The position numbers were made by a program, and so were the translations under genes. The notes under the pieces were generated by a model. The model saw only the letters and a list, made by a program, of their open reading frames with translations, had not been told where the DNA came from and searched no databases. 64,000 nt of DNA from Gemmatimonadota bacterium (GTDB lineage: Bacteria; Gemmatimonadota; Gemmatimonadetes; Palauibacterales; Palauibacteraceae): NCBI GenBank assembly GCA_039584685.1, contig JBDGXI010000003.1:10556-74555 (forward strand), read 5' to 3'. Position 1 is the first letter of the stretch; each line of letters begins with the position of its first letter. Shown one piece after another: positions 37,884-46,884 of this stretch.

Positions 37884-38312
37884 TCAGACGTCCAGGGGCT
37901 GCGGCTGCTGCGCCGCGTGCGGGTGCTCCGCCCCCGGGTATACCTTCAGCTTCTGAGCCATCTGGCGCCCGAGACTGTTCTTCGGGAGCATCCCCTTCAC
38001 AGCCCTCTCGATCACGCGCTCGGGATGTCGCTTGATCATCGTCTCAAACGGGATCATGCGCTCGCCGCCCATGTAACCACTGTGGCGGAAGTACTCCTTC
38101 TGCTCGGCCTTCCGGCCCGTGAGGCGCACGTTCCGCGCGTTCACCACCACCACGTAGTCGCCCACGTCGAGGTGCGGACTGAACGTCGGCTTGTGCTTGC
38201 CTCTCAGTACGGTGGCCAGGCGCGTGGCCAGGCGCCCCAGGACCTGGTCCGTAGCGTCGACGACGAACCAGTCTCGCTGGATCTCACCTGCCTTGACCGA
38301 ATACGTCTTCAT
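37884..38312 (-). CDS. rplM: 50S ribosomal protein L13
   Basis: ORF 37884..38312 (-), 142 aa. [30 protein letters not shown]. Confidence 0.9.
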   Translation of the reverse strand: MKTYSVKAGEIQRDWFVVDATDQVLGRLATRLATVLRGKHKPTFSPHLDVGDYVVVVNARNVRLTGRKAEQKEYFRHSGYMGGERMIPFETMIKRHPERVIERAVKGMLPKNSLGRQMAQKLKVYPGAEHPHAAQQPQPLDV

Positions 38313-38361
38313 TCCCGAATCGCCCCACTCGCTCGGGCGCCGGAAGCGCCTTCACATGTTC

Positions 38362-38395
38362 ACATACATCTGGGAGAAAAAGCGAGCCGCCCCGC
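38362..38395 (-). terminator. rho-independent terminator after the sigma-factor gene (minus strand GCCGCC-atgtgcgg-GGCGGC then TCGCTTTTTCTCCC)
   Basis: 6-bp GC stem + T-tract on the minus strand, 90 nt downstream of the sigma gene stop and upstream of the rplM start. Confidence 0.5.
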
Positions 38396-38484
38396 ACATG
38401 GCGGCAGCGGCCGAAATCACCCCGCTAGCAGCCCTAAAAGCTAAAGGGCGCGTATGCAAGTGTCAAGACACGAGACGCTCGGGT

Positions 38485-39336
38485 TCAGCGGTCCCGAAAT
38501 GACTCCAGAACCCGGCCCGTGGCGCCCAGCCTCAGGCGGACGAGCGCCCGGTCCTTAATCTGACGGATTCTCTCGCGACTGACCGAGAACTTCCTCCCGA
38601 TTTGCTCCAGTGTGTGCGCCTCATGGCCGTCCAGGCCGAAGTACATCTTGAGGATGCGGGCCTCCCGCTCCGGAAGGTGCATGAGGCTCGCTTCCAGGAC
38701 CTCGCGAAGAGCCTCCCGCTGGGTTCGCTCATCCGGTTCCTCTCCTTCGCGGTCGGGGATGAGTTCCAGCATCGACGTATCTTCCGTGTCCGGGACCGGC
38801 GCATCGAGCGAGATGTACCCGCCCTGCATGCCGAGGGCTCGCTGAACGGCCTCCGGAGAGAGCCCAACCTCGATCCCCACTTCCTCCGGAGTGGCCCGAC
38901 GGCCGAGCTGCTGGCTCAGACGCCTCGAGGCTCGAACCACCTTGTTGGCCTCGTCCATCCGCCCCACGGGAACCCGGACAATCCTGGATTGCTCGGCGAT
39001 CGCCTGCATCATGGCCTGACGAATCCACCAAACGGCGTACGAAATGAAGCGCACCCCCTTGGTTTCGTCGAATCGCCGGGCCGCGCGCATCAGGCCGAGA
39101 TTCCCTTCGTTCACCAGATCAGCGAACGCTACCCCGTGGTTGCGATAGCGTTTGGCGACCGTGACCACGAATCGGAGGTTGGAAGCCACGAGCCGGTTCA
39201 GAGCCCCTTCGTCACCCTCCCGGATCGCCTCGGCCAGACGCACCTCTTCTTCCCGCTCGAGGATCGGGTGACCCGCGATCTCTCTGAGATACAGATCCAG
39301 AGAGCTGCCTCCCGTGCCGTCGACCTTTCGCGCCAT
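38485..39336 (-). CDS. RNA polymerase sigma factor, sigma-70 family (short, group 2/3-like, no region 1.1)
   Basis: ORF 38485..39336 (-), 283 aa. Region 2 (LVASNLRFVVTVAKRY...ADLVNEGNLGLMRAARRFD...ISYAVWWIRQAMMQAI), region 3, region 4.2 (TLEQIGRKFSVSRERIRQIKDRALVRLR). Confidence 0.8.
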   Translation of the reverse strand: MARKVDGTGGSSLDLYLREIAGHPILEREEEVRLAEAIREGDEGALNRLVASNLRFVVTVAKRYRNHGVAFADLVNEGNLGLMRAARRFDETKGVRFISYAVWWIRQAMMQAIAEQSRIVRVPVGRMDEANKVVRASRRLSQQLGRRATPEEVGIEVGLSPEAVQRALGMQGGYISLDAPVPDTEDTSMLELIPDREGEEPDERTQREALREVLEASLMHLPEREARILKMYFGLDGHEAHTLEQIGRKFSVSRERIRQIKDRALVRLRLGATGRVLESFRDR

Positions 39337-39402
39337 TCTCTTCGCGTTCCAGGGGATCGAATGGGATTCAGCCCGCCACGCCCGTCGGGCCGTCCGCCGG
39401 CT

Positions 39403-40149
39403 TCACTTAATAGGATCGAACAAGCGGCTCCATCGGATTTCCGTGAGCCACGGAAACGGAGCGATCTTGTTTCTGTCGTACGAGAAATAGATGATCCACG
39501 GTCGCCCTTTGATGGACTCGTCCGGCACGAACCCCCAGTACCGGGAGTCCTCCGAGTTGTCGCGGTTATCACCCATCACGAAGAAGCTGTCCGACGGAAC
39601 CGTGATCGGGCCCCAGTTGTCGCGCGTCGGCCGGTATTCGTTGAGCCGGCGCCCATTCTCCACCAGGTGCGTGCGTTGCCAGTCGAATTGAGGGCTTCGC
39701 GGGTCTTCGTACGGACGGGTGTGCCGCGCATACGGCTCGGCGACCTGGCTCCCGTTGCGGTACAGCACGCCCTCGACCATGAGAAGGGTGTCGCCGGGAA
39801 GACCGACGATTCGCTTCACGTAGTTGGTGTTCGCGGTCTGGCGCGCCGCCGGAGGCGGAGAAAACACGACGATGTCTCCGCGGGCAGGCGGATCGAATGC
39901 GGGGAGCCTGACTCCCGTGCCGGGCAGCTCCGCGCCGTAGACCATCTTGTTGACGAGGAGGAAGTCTCCCACCAGCAGCGTCTGCTCCATCGACCCGGTG
40001 GGAATCTGGAACGCCTCCACCACGAAGGTCCGCACAAGAATGAACAGAAGGAAGGCCACCGCGATGGACTTGGTCCATTCCCACAGCCAGCGACCGACCG
40101 AGCCCTCTGCGTCCTGTTTCGGCTTCGCCCTCTTGGTGCTCTTGCTCAT
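39403..40149 (-). CDS. lepB: signal peptidase I
   Basis: ORF 39403..40230 (-). IPTGSMEQTL (Ser nucleophile), GDNRDNSEDSRYWG. I chose the internal Met at 40149 because the first 27 codons of the ORF contain three rare AGA codons. Confidence 0.8.
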   Translation of the reverse strand: MSKSTKRAKPKQDAEGSVGRWLWEWTKSIAVAFLLFILVRTFVVEAFQIPTGSMEQTLLVGDFLLVNKMVYGAELPGTGVRLPAFDPPARGDIVVFSPPPAARQTANTNYVKRIVGLPGDTLLMVEGVLYRNGSQVAEPYARHTRPYEDPRSPQFDWQRTHLVENGRRLNEYRPTRDNWGPITVPSDSFFVMGDNRDNSEDSRYWGFVPDESIKGRPWIIYFSYDRNKIAPFPWLTEIRWSRLFDPIK

Positions 40150-40364
40150 TCTCGTGTACGCCTGTCTGAATGTGCCCGCTCTCGAAACTCCGTTCGCGGC
40201 CCGCCACAATCGCGGCAGGGCCCGCACCATACCGTCGGGTGGAAACCTACCCCCTGATTCGATCGCGCGTTCCCCGCGTCCACCGCCCTGCCAGGGACAC
40301 TACAATACGTAGGCAAGGTGGGCCGCGCACTCAACTCCGCGTCAACTGGCGGCGTCGTCGGAGC

Positions 40365-41012
40365 CTAGTCTTCGATTCGATCGGCCATCTCGAGAACGAG
40401 CGACCCGGCGTCGACGTCGAACCGCTCCACCCGCCCCGGGATCGGAAGCAGAACCGTAACCCCCGTCGTCTCGACCCCCGGCATCTCGATGCTTTCCAGG
40501 ATCCACGGAACCATCATCGAGGGCACTACGATGGATCCCGCCTGCAGTGTCACCACCTCGACCCGGGCGACCCCCGGCTCCACCACCCCGGGCCACAACT
40601 CTACGACGACGCTGGCCGAATCGGAGAGCAGCCTCTCGACCACCTCCGGAGAGGCCAGTCCCTGCAGACCTCTCGGGTCCACCCGCGCCGACAGCAGGAA
40701 CGTGCTGTCCCTGACCTCCACGAGCGGCTCGCTGATCCCCTCCGGAAGCAGCGGCGCGGCCCGATACGTGAGCAGGCTCTGGATCTCCGCCTGGCTCAAT
40801 CTGAGGTCCGTCGGGCGATCCGCCGAGGCCATTCCCCGGAGCTTGTCGGCTGCGCGCCGGGCGAGGTCCTCGCTGGGCTCCGACGAGGCGGTGATCTCGA
40901 GCTGCCTCCACCATCCCGCGATATCCTCGCGAAACCACCACCCGCCCCCGACGACGACCACGATCAGAGTGAGACAGCCGATCCGTGCTAGACAGTTCTT
41001 GATCATCTCCAC
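40365..41012 (-). CDS. hypothetical membrane-anchored protein (N-terminal signal anchor, periplasmic domain)
   Basis: ORF 40365..41012 (-), 215 aa. CLTLIVVVVGGGWW anchor. No recognisable motif. High-GC3 coding frame between thpR and lepB. Confidence 0.55.
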   Translation of the reverse strand: MEMIKNCLARIGCLTLIVVVVGGGWWFREDIAGWWRQLEITASSEPSEDLARRAADKLRGMASADRPTDLRLSQAEIQSLLTYRAAPLLPEGISEPLVEVRDSTFLLSARVDPRGLQGLASPEVVERLLSDSASVVVELWPGVVEPGVARVEVVTLQAGSIVVPSMMVPWILESIEMPGVETTGVTVLLPIPGRVERFDVDAGSLVLEMADRIED

Positions 41013-41035
41013 CCCCGGGCGAGCGCTCCGAACGC

Positions 41036-41602
41036 TCAGCTGCGCGGCCCCATCCGGGCCGCGACCAGCCTGGTGTGCAGGGCGCCCGCGGCTCCCAGCT
41101 GACTCTTCATGAGATCAATGTGCGTGACCCGGTACGTGTCCGTTATCTTGAGCGATCTGGCCACTTCCTCCAACCGCCGGAACTCACCCGCTTCGGCCTC
41201 GCGTGGCGCCCGGCCAAGAGTGACGTGCGGCTGATACGGCCTTTCCTCGCGCGGGATCCCGAGTTCGGCCAGGCGCCGCTCCAGGTCGTCCTTGATGAAT
41301 CGAAGCTCCGGAGTCGGCTCGACCCCGAGCCACACCACGCGCGGGCGTCGCGGAGAGGGGAAGGCGCCGATCGGCCCGAACCTCAGTTCGAACGGACGGA
41401 ATCTGCCGGCCACTTCCTCCAGCGCCTCCGAGATCGGCTCGACCTCGATCGCCGGAACCTCGCCGATGAACTTGAACGTGAGGTGCACCTTGTCCGGCTC
41501 GGTCCACCGTGCGGGCACTCCCGCTTCCTGAAGCGGGCCGCACAGCCTGGCGATCTTCTGCCGTAATCGAGCCGGAAAATTCACGGCAACGAAGAGGCGC
41601 AT
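41036..41602 (-). CDS. thpR: RNA 2',3'-cyclic phosphodiesterase (2H phosphoesterase, ThpR/LigT)
   Basis: C-terminal 188 aa of ORF 41036..42691 (-), starting at MRLFVAVNF. Two H-x-T-x motifs (HLTFKFIG and HVTLGR). The upstream 360 codons of the ORF are antisense to queD/pabB and are not coding. Confidence 0.8.
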   Translation of the reverse strand: MRLFVAVNFPARLRQKIARLCGPLQEAGVPARWTEPDKVHLTFKFIGEVPAIEVEPISEALEEVAGRFRPFELRFGPIGAFPSPRRPRVVWLGVEPTPELRFIKDDLERRLAELGIPREERPYQPHVTLGRAPREAEAGEFRRLEEVARSLKITDTYRVTHIDLMKSQLGAAGALHTRLVAARMGPRS

Positions 41603-41782
41603 GAAACCTCGCTTCCGTTTGCTTCGGTCGTTCCCGCCTGCAGAGACATTCCCTCCTCCGACAAGCTGGCCCACGGCCCGCGGGGGCGGCAAGACCGCCA
41701 CGCGAACGTGACGGGATGCGCCTCCGTCCGAAGACCTGTACGATGGGGGAGATCCCGGAGTGTCTGACCCCGAGAAGCGCAG

Positions 41783-42280
41783 GTGTCGATGACCGATTAC
41801 AGAGTCGCAGTGGGCAAGGAGGCGCTGGTGTTCGCGGCGGCCCATTTCATCACGTTCGGCCGCGGCGGATGCGAGCCGCTGCACGGACACAACTACCGCG
41901 TAGGGGTGACTCTGGCCGGAGACCTGGACCGCCACTCCATGGTGTACGACTTCGTGGCGCTCCGAAGGGACATGCAGGCGATTCTCGCGGAACTCGACCA
42001 TCGGGTCATCCTGCCGCAATCCAACCCGGACCTGGAGGTGGAGTCGTCGGACGAGCAGGTGGAAGTGCGGCACGCCTCCCGGCGCTACGTGTTTCCCCGC
42101 TCGGACGCAGTCCTCCTCCCCGTCCCCAATACGACAGCCGAGAAGCTTGCCGAGTACCTGGGCGGTCGTCTGGAAACTCACCTTCGGCGAATCCGGACGG
42201 GCGAGCTTCAGCACCTCGAGGTGGAGGTGGAGGAGACGCCCGGCCAATCCGCCTTCTGGATCAGGGAACCGGGTCCCTGA
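41783..42280 (+). CDS. 6-pyruvoyl-tetrahydropterin synthase family protein (COG0720; QueD/PTPS-III-like)
   Basis: ORF 41783..42280 (+), 165 aa. Zinc/active-site motif GGCEPLHGHNYRV with adjacent Cys and Glu. Followed directly by pabB-pabA. Confidence 0.8.
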   Translation: MSMTDYRVAVGKEALVFAAAHFITFGRGGCEPLHGHNYRVGVTLAGDLDRHSMVYDFVALRRDMQAILAELDHRVILPQSNPDLEVESSDEQVEVRHASRRYVFPRSDAVLLPVPNTTAEKLAEYLGGRLETHLRRIRTGELQHLEVEVEETPGQSAFWIREPGP

Positions 42281-42299
42281 AGATCGGCTCCGTGACCCC

Positions 42300-43772
42300 G
42301 TGAACGGTGACAGAAACTTGCCGCTCGTGAAGGAAGTGAGCGAAGCGCCTTCCCCGGAAGACCTGTTCACCGGCCTGGCGGGTGAGCCGTGGGTCCTGTG
42401 GCTCGATACGGCTCTCCCGGGCCGGGAGTGGGGCCGGTTCTCGTTCCTCGCCGTGGACCCGTTCCGGGTGTTGCGCGGGCGTGCCGGGCGCTCGGAGTGG
42501 ATCGGGCCGAGCGGGGTTCGGTCGGCGCCCGGCGATCCCATCACGGAGCTCCAGAGCGCCCTGGCCCGCCACCGTCTCCCGCCGCGTGAGGACCTGCCTC
42601 CGTTCTGTGGCGGAGCGGGCGGCATGTTCGGATACGAGCTCTCCGGCGATCTGGAAGCGATCCCGGTGGCGGCCTGCCGGGACCTCCGCACTCCGGACCT
42701 CGAGCTGGGTCTTTACGACCTCGTGGTGGGGTGGGACAGGCAGGAGGACCGGTGCTGGATCGCCTCGACCGGCGCATCGGATGGGAGCGTCGCCGCCTAC
42801 GAGAGCGCCGCCTGCCGCCTGGCGCGAGCCGAGACCTGGTTGCAGGGGGGTCCAGCGCCCGCCGACCATCGTGTGCCCGGCGGGTCGGGGCTTCGACTCG
42901 ACGCTACGCCCCCACCTTCTACGTACCCGGTGCCCGGCTCGCCCGGGTTCCGCTCCACGTTCTCGCCGGCCGGGTATCGCGGCGCCGTGCGACGCGCCAT
43001 CGAGTGGATCCGTGCCGGGGACGTCTATCAGGTCAATCTGTCACAGCGCTTCGAGACCCGGTCCGAGGAAAGTCCGGCGGACCTGTACCGCAGACTTCGC
43101 GTCGCCAGCCCCGCCCCGTTCGGCGCCTATTTCGCGGGAAACGGCTTCTCCGTCCTCAGCACGTCGCCCGAGCGCTTTCTGCGACTGACTTCCTCGGGGG
43201 AAGCACAGACGAGGCCGATCAAGGGGACGCGGCCGCGGAGTGATGATCCGCTCGAAGATCGACGGCTCGCCATCGAGCTCGAGGCGAGTGTCAAGGACCG
43301 CGCCGAGAACCTGATGATCGTCGATCTCCTCCGCAACGACCTGTCTCGCGTGTGCCGGCCGAGCTCGGTGCGCGCCGTCGATCTGTTCAGGGTCGAGTCC
43401 TACCGGACCGTGCATCATCTCGTATCCACGGTCGAAGGCCGGCTGCGGGAGGGACGGGTGGCAGCGCATCTGCTCAGGGCGACGTTCCCGTGCGGCTCGG
43501 TCACCGGCGCCCCCAAGATCCGGGCCATGCAGATCATCTCGGAGCTCGAGCCCGTGGCCCGTGGTCCCTACTGCGGCGCCCTGGGGTACATGGGTTTCGG
43601 CGGTGACATGGACACGAGCGTCTCGATTCGGATTGCGGTCGCCACGGAAGGCCGGATCGTCTTTCACGCCGGTGGCGGCATCGTGGCGGATTCGGACCCG
43701 GAGGCGGAGTACGAGGAAACCCTGGACAAGGCGCGGGCCATCGTCACGGCCGTCTCCGGGACTCGGGCATGA
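42300..43772 (+). CDS. pabB: aminodeoxychorismate synthase component I (chorismate-binding enzyme; PabB/TrpE family)
   Basis: ORF 42147..43772 (+). I chose the GTG at 42300 just after the queD-like stop. Chorismate-binding domain (SPERFLRL, GAPKIRAMQIISELE, GGGIVADS). Lacks the TrpE LLES feedback motif and is followed only by a glutamine amidotransferase, so pabB is favoured over trpE. Confidence 0.75.
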   Translation: MNGDRNLPLVKEVSEAPSPEDLFTGLAGEPWVLWLDTALPGREWGRFSFLAVDPFRVLRGRAGRSEWIGPSGVRSAPGDPITELQSALARHRLPPREDLPPFCGGAGGMFGYELSGDLEAIPVAACRDLRTPDLELGLYDLVVGWDRQEDRCWIASTGASDGSVAAYESAACRLARAETWLQGGPAPADHRVPGGSGLRLDATPPPSTYPVPGSPGFRSTFSPAGYRGAVRRAIEWIRAGDVYQVNLSQRFETRSEESPADLYRRLRVASPAPFGAYFAGNGFSVLSTSPERFLRLTSSGEAQTRPIKGTRPRSDDPLEDRRLAIELEASVKDRAENLMIVDLLRNDLSRVCRPSSVRAVDLFRVESYRTVHHLVSTVEGRLREGRVAAHLLRATFPCGSVTGAPKIRAMQIISELEPVARGPYCGALGYMGFGGDMDTSVSIRIAVATEGRIVFHAGGGIVADSDPEAEYEETLDKARAIVTAVSGTRA

Positions 43773-44416
43773 TCGTCCTGCTCGACAATTACGACTCGTT
43801 CGGTCACAACCTGGCCCGGTACCTCGAGCAGCTCGGCGAGCGAGTCGAGGTAGTCCGCAACGACGCCACCGATGTGGAGGGCCTCCTGTCACTGACCCCG
43901 ACGCACGTCGTCATTTCGCCCGGCCCGTGCACTCCCGCGGAGGCGGGGATCGCCGTGGACCTCGTTCGCGCCTGCTCTTCAGGGATTCCGGTGCTCGGCG
44001 TGTGTCTCGGGCACCAGTGCATCGGGGCTGCCTTCGGCGCCCGGATCGTGCGAGGCGATCCCGTGCACGGAAAGATCTCACGCATCCGGCACGAGGAGCA
44101 GGACCTGTTCGCCGGGCTGCCGTCGCCGCTCGCCGTCACGCGGTACCACTCGCTGGTCATCGATCCGGAGACGCTGTCGCCCCACTTGACTCCCACGGCC
44201 TGGACCGCGGGTGGCGTGCTGATGGCTCTCCGGCACCGGACACTGCCCATGTGGGGCGTCCAGTTTCACCCGGAGGCGGTCCTCACCGCGTGCGGCCACG
44301 CCCTGCTCCGCAACTTCCTCGCCCTGGGCAGGAGCGCGCCGCCTCCGGGGCTCGCTCCCGGGCTGCCTGCGCCCGAGTCACCCATCATGTCCTCCGTCGG
44401 CCCGCCGGAGGCCTGA
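43769..44416 (+). CDS. pabA: aminodeoxychorismate/anthranilate synthase component II (class I glutamine amidotransferase)
   Basis: ORF 43769..44416 (+), 215 aa. ATGA overlap with pabB. GVCLGHQ catalytic Cys, HS...FHPE. Confidence 0.85.
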   Translation: MIVLLDNYDSFGHNLARYLEQLGERVEVVRNDATDVEGLLSLTPTHVVISPGPCTPAEAGIAVDLVRACSSGIPVLGVCLGHQCIGAAFGARIVRGDPVHGKISRIRHEEQDLFAGLPSPLAVTRYHSLVIDPETLSPHLTPTAWTAGGVLMALRHRTLPMWGVQFHPEAVLTACGHALLRNFLALGRSAPPPGLAPGLPAPESPIMSSVGPPEA

Positions 44417-44460
44417 CCGCGCGAAGTCGGGAGACCGTCATCTGGCCTGGCCGGCGGCGG

Positions 44461-45996
44461 TCAGGGCGCGCGGTCCCGCACGCGGAACTGCAGGGCTTCA
44501 GCGACGTGCTCACAACGGATACGGTCCTCACAGGCCAGGTCGGCGATCGTACGCGAGACCCGAAGCACCCGGTGACACGCTCGCGCGCTGAGGCGGAATG
44601 CTGACGATCCCCTGTGCAGAATGGTGTCCGCCTCGGGACCCAGTTGACAGTGGTCGCGGATCGCCCGGGGCGGCAGTCGGGCGTTCAGCAGAGCCGGCCG
44701 GCCGGATCGTCGGTTCGCTCTCCTGCGGGCAGCGCGCACGCGCTGCTGCATGGCCGGACTCTCGAGAGCGCCCGGACCCGCCCGAAGCACGCTCCACTCG
44801 ACAGTCGGAACGTCCACGTGCATGTCGATTCGGTCCAGGAGAGGAGCGCTGAGTCGCGCAGCATGACGCCGCACGGAAGCAGGATCGCAATCGCAGGATC
44901 GATCGACTTCGGTCAGCCGGCCGCAGCGGCAGGGATTCATGGCGCCCACCAGCAGGAAGCACGCCGGGTAGCAGACCTGGGCTCCGGCCCTGGTGATCCG
45001 CACCTTGCCTTCTTCCAGCGGCTGTCGCAGCGCCTCCAGCGCGGAGGCCCGGAACTCGGTGAGCTCGTCGAGGAACAGGACGCCGTGATGCGCGAGCGAG
45101 ATCTCTCCTGGCTGGACGGGAGCTCCACCCCCGACCAGGCCGACACGGGTAATCGAATGGTGCGGCGCCCGGAACGGTCGGTTCTCGAGCAATCCGGCTC
45201 CAGCCGGCAGTCGGCCCGCTACGCTGTGCACCGCGGTGACCTCGAGCGCCTCCTGCCGTGTGAGGGGAGGCAGAATGGTAGAGAGGGCCCGCGCCAGCAT
45301 CGTCTTGCCGACCCCGGGGGCACCGCGGAGCAAGACGTTGTGGCCACCCGCCGCGGCGATCTCCAGGGCGCGCTTGGCCGCCCGCTGACCGGCTACCTCA
45401 GCGAAGTCGTGCGAGTTGCCGCCCGGCGATGCGGACGGCCCCGGTCCGGTACCCACCGCCACGAGATCCTCTTCGCCGCGCAAGAACTCCAGGACCTGCT
45501 TCAGGCTGCCGGCGCCCAGCACTCGCAGATCGTGCGCCGCGCGGGTCTCTCCCAGGTTGGCCTCGGGCACGATCAGTCCGTCGAGTTCGTCCATCCGCCC
45601 GAATCGCAGTGCAATGGGCAGAGCGCCGCGAACAGGACGGATGGTCCCGTCGAGCCCGAGCTCTCCCACGAAGCCCCACCGGCTCACTCTCTCTCCGGGA
45701 ACGTGGCCAGCGCCCGCGAGAATGGCTATGGCGACCGGCAGGTCGAACGCCGCCCCCTCCTTTCGCAGATCCGCCGGGGCCAGATTGACGGTGATCCGCA
45801 GTCCAGGCACGCGCAGACCGAGCTGAGCGGCCGCCGAGCGGAATCTCTCCCGGCACTCGCGTGCGGCGGACGGCGCGAGGCCCACGATCCCGATCATGGG
45901 GGTGCCCCGCCGAATTGCCACTTCGACCCGAACCGGAATCGCCTCCAGGCCGAGCAACGCCGCGCTGAATGCCGTCTGAACCGTGCCCTGGACCAT
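44461..45996 (-). CDS. comM: YifB/ComM-family Mg-chelatase-like AAA+ ATPase
   Basis: ORF 44461..46023 (-), 520 aa. N-terminal Lon-like domain, LLRGAPGVGKTMLARAL Walker A, HGVLFLDEL Walker B, C-terminal Mg-chelatase domain. Start at Met10 assumed. Confidence 0.85.
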   Translation of the reverse strand: MVQGTVQTAFSAALLGLEAIPVRVEVAIRRGTPMIGIVGLAPSAARECRERFRSAAAQLGLRVPGLRITVNLAPADLRKEGAAFDLPVAIAILAGAGHVPGERVSRWGFVGELGLDGTIRPVRGALPIALRFGRMDELDGLIVPEANLGETRAAHDLRVLGAGSLKQVLEFLRGEEDLVAVGTGPGPSASPGGNSHDFAEVAGQRAAKRALEIAAAGGHNVLLRGAPGVGKTMLARALSTILPPLTRQEALEVTAVHSVAGRLPAGAGLLENRPFRAPHHSITRVGLVGGGAPVQPGEISLAHHGVLFLDELTEFRASALEALRQPLEEGKVRITRAGAQVCYPACFLLVGAMNPCRCGRLTEVDRSCDCDPASVRRHAARLSAPLLDRIDMHVDVPTVEWSVLRAGPGALESPAMQQRVRAARRRANRRSGRPALLNARLPPRAIRDHCQLGPEADTILHRGSSAFRLSARACHRVLRVSRTIADLACEDRIRCEHVAEALQFRVRDRAP

Positions 45997-46064
45997 GCCG
46001 CAGAGAATGCCACACAGTCTCAACGATTCCTCACCATCGGCGGACCATCGCGCCGGCCGGAGAG

Positions 46065-46730
46065 TCAGACGAACGTCGCGATCTCTTCCAGCGGCTTTCG
46101 AACCAGGGACGGGACCAGCGCCTCCTCCGCAGGGTGTCCGACGACGAGGATGAGGAACGGGCGCTCGCGGTCCGAACGGCCCAGCAGGTCGCCGAGGAAC
46201 CGCATGGGGCTCGGAGTATGCGTGAGGGTCGCCAGGCCCGCGGCGTGGGCGGCCGAGATCAGCACTCCCGTGGCGATTCCGACGGACTCCTGCACGTAGT
46301 AGTTCTTGACGCGCTGTCCCGTGTCATCCTCACCGTAGCTCTCGGCGAACACCACGATCAGCCAGGGTGCGACCTCGAGGAAGGGCTTGCTCGCGTCGGT
46401 CCCGAGCGGGGCGAGGGCCTCGAGCCAGTCGTCGGGGGCTCGCTGCCCGTAAAACTCTCTCTCCTCCTTCTCGGCCGCCTCCCTGATCCGCCTCTTCGTG
46501 CCCGGGTCGGACACGGCGACGAAGTGCCATGGCTGCCGGTGCGCACCGCTGGGAGCCGTTCCCGCCGCCCGAATGCAGTCTTCGATTATCGACCTTGGCA
46601 CGCCCTGGTCCGAGAAATGACGCACGGTACGCCTGCGGGACGCTTGGCCGAGAAAGGCGCGGGCGCGGCTTGCCATTTCTTCATCGCCGATCGGGTCCCA
46701 TTCCAGCGCCTCGAACCGGGCTTCGCTCAT
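46065..46730 (-). CDS. nitroreductase-family flavoprotein
   Basis: ORF 46065..46886 (-). Internal Met ([11 protein letters not shown]) chosen. [41 protein letters not shown] matches the nitroreductase FMN-binding N-terminus. The upstream 52 codons are P/R/S-rich and low complexity. Confidence 0.75.
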   Translation of the reverse strand: MSEARFEALEWDPIGDEEMASRARAFLGQASRRRTVRHFSDQGVPRSIIEDCIRAAGTAPSGAHRQPWHFVAVSDPGTKRRIREAAEKEEREFYGQRAPDDWLEALAPLGTDASKPFLEVAPWLIVVFAESYGEDDTGQRVKNYYVQESVGIATGVLISAAHAAGLATLTHTPSPMRFLGDLLGRSDRERPFLILVVGHPAEEALVPSLVRKPLEEIATFV

Positions 46731-46884
46731 TTCGTCCTCCGTGGATCCGACCGGCGGCACCTCGCCACGCGGCATCGTGGCACAACGTCTCATCGGGGTG
46801 GCGGTCCGGCAATCCGGTTTTGTCGGCGGGAACCGCGGGCCTATACTCGGTCGCGAAGACGACACGCCCGGCACAGGAGGTGAC

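Noticed and set aside
38602-40257. 551-aa plus-strand ORF.
   Set aside because: Antisense to the sigma-factor gene and lepB.
41783-42280. Calling the COG0720 gene queD (queuosine biosynthesis).
   Set aside because: No queC/queE/queF nearby. The gene is operonic with pabB-pabA and has a Cys+Glu motif. I annotate it only at family level and raise the FolB-replacement hypothesis instead.
41603-42691. Upper ~360 codons of the 551-aa minus-strand ORF containing thpR.
   Set aside because: Only the C-terminal 188 aa match the 2H-phosphoesterase. The upstream part is antisense to queD-like/pabB and is low complexity.
44614-46299. 561-aa plus-strand ORF.
   Set aside because: Antisense to comM and the nitroreductase.
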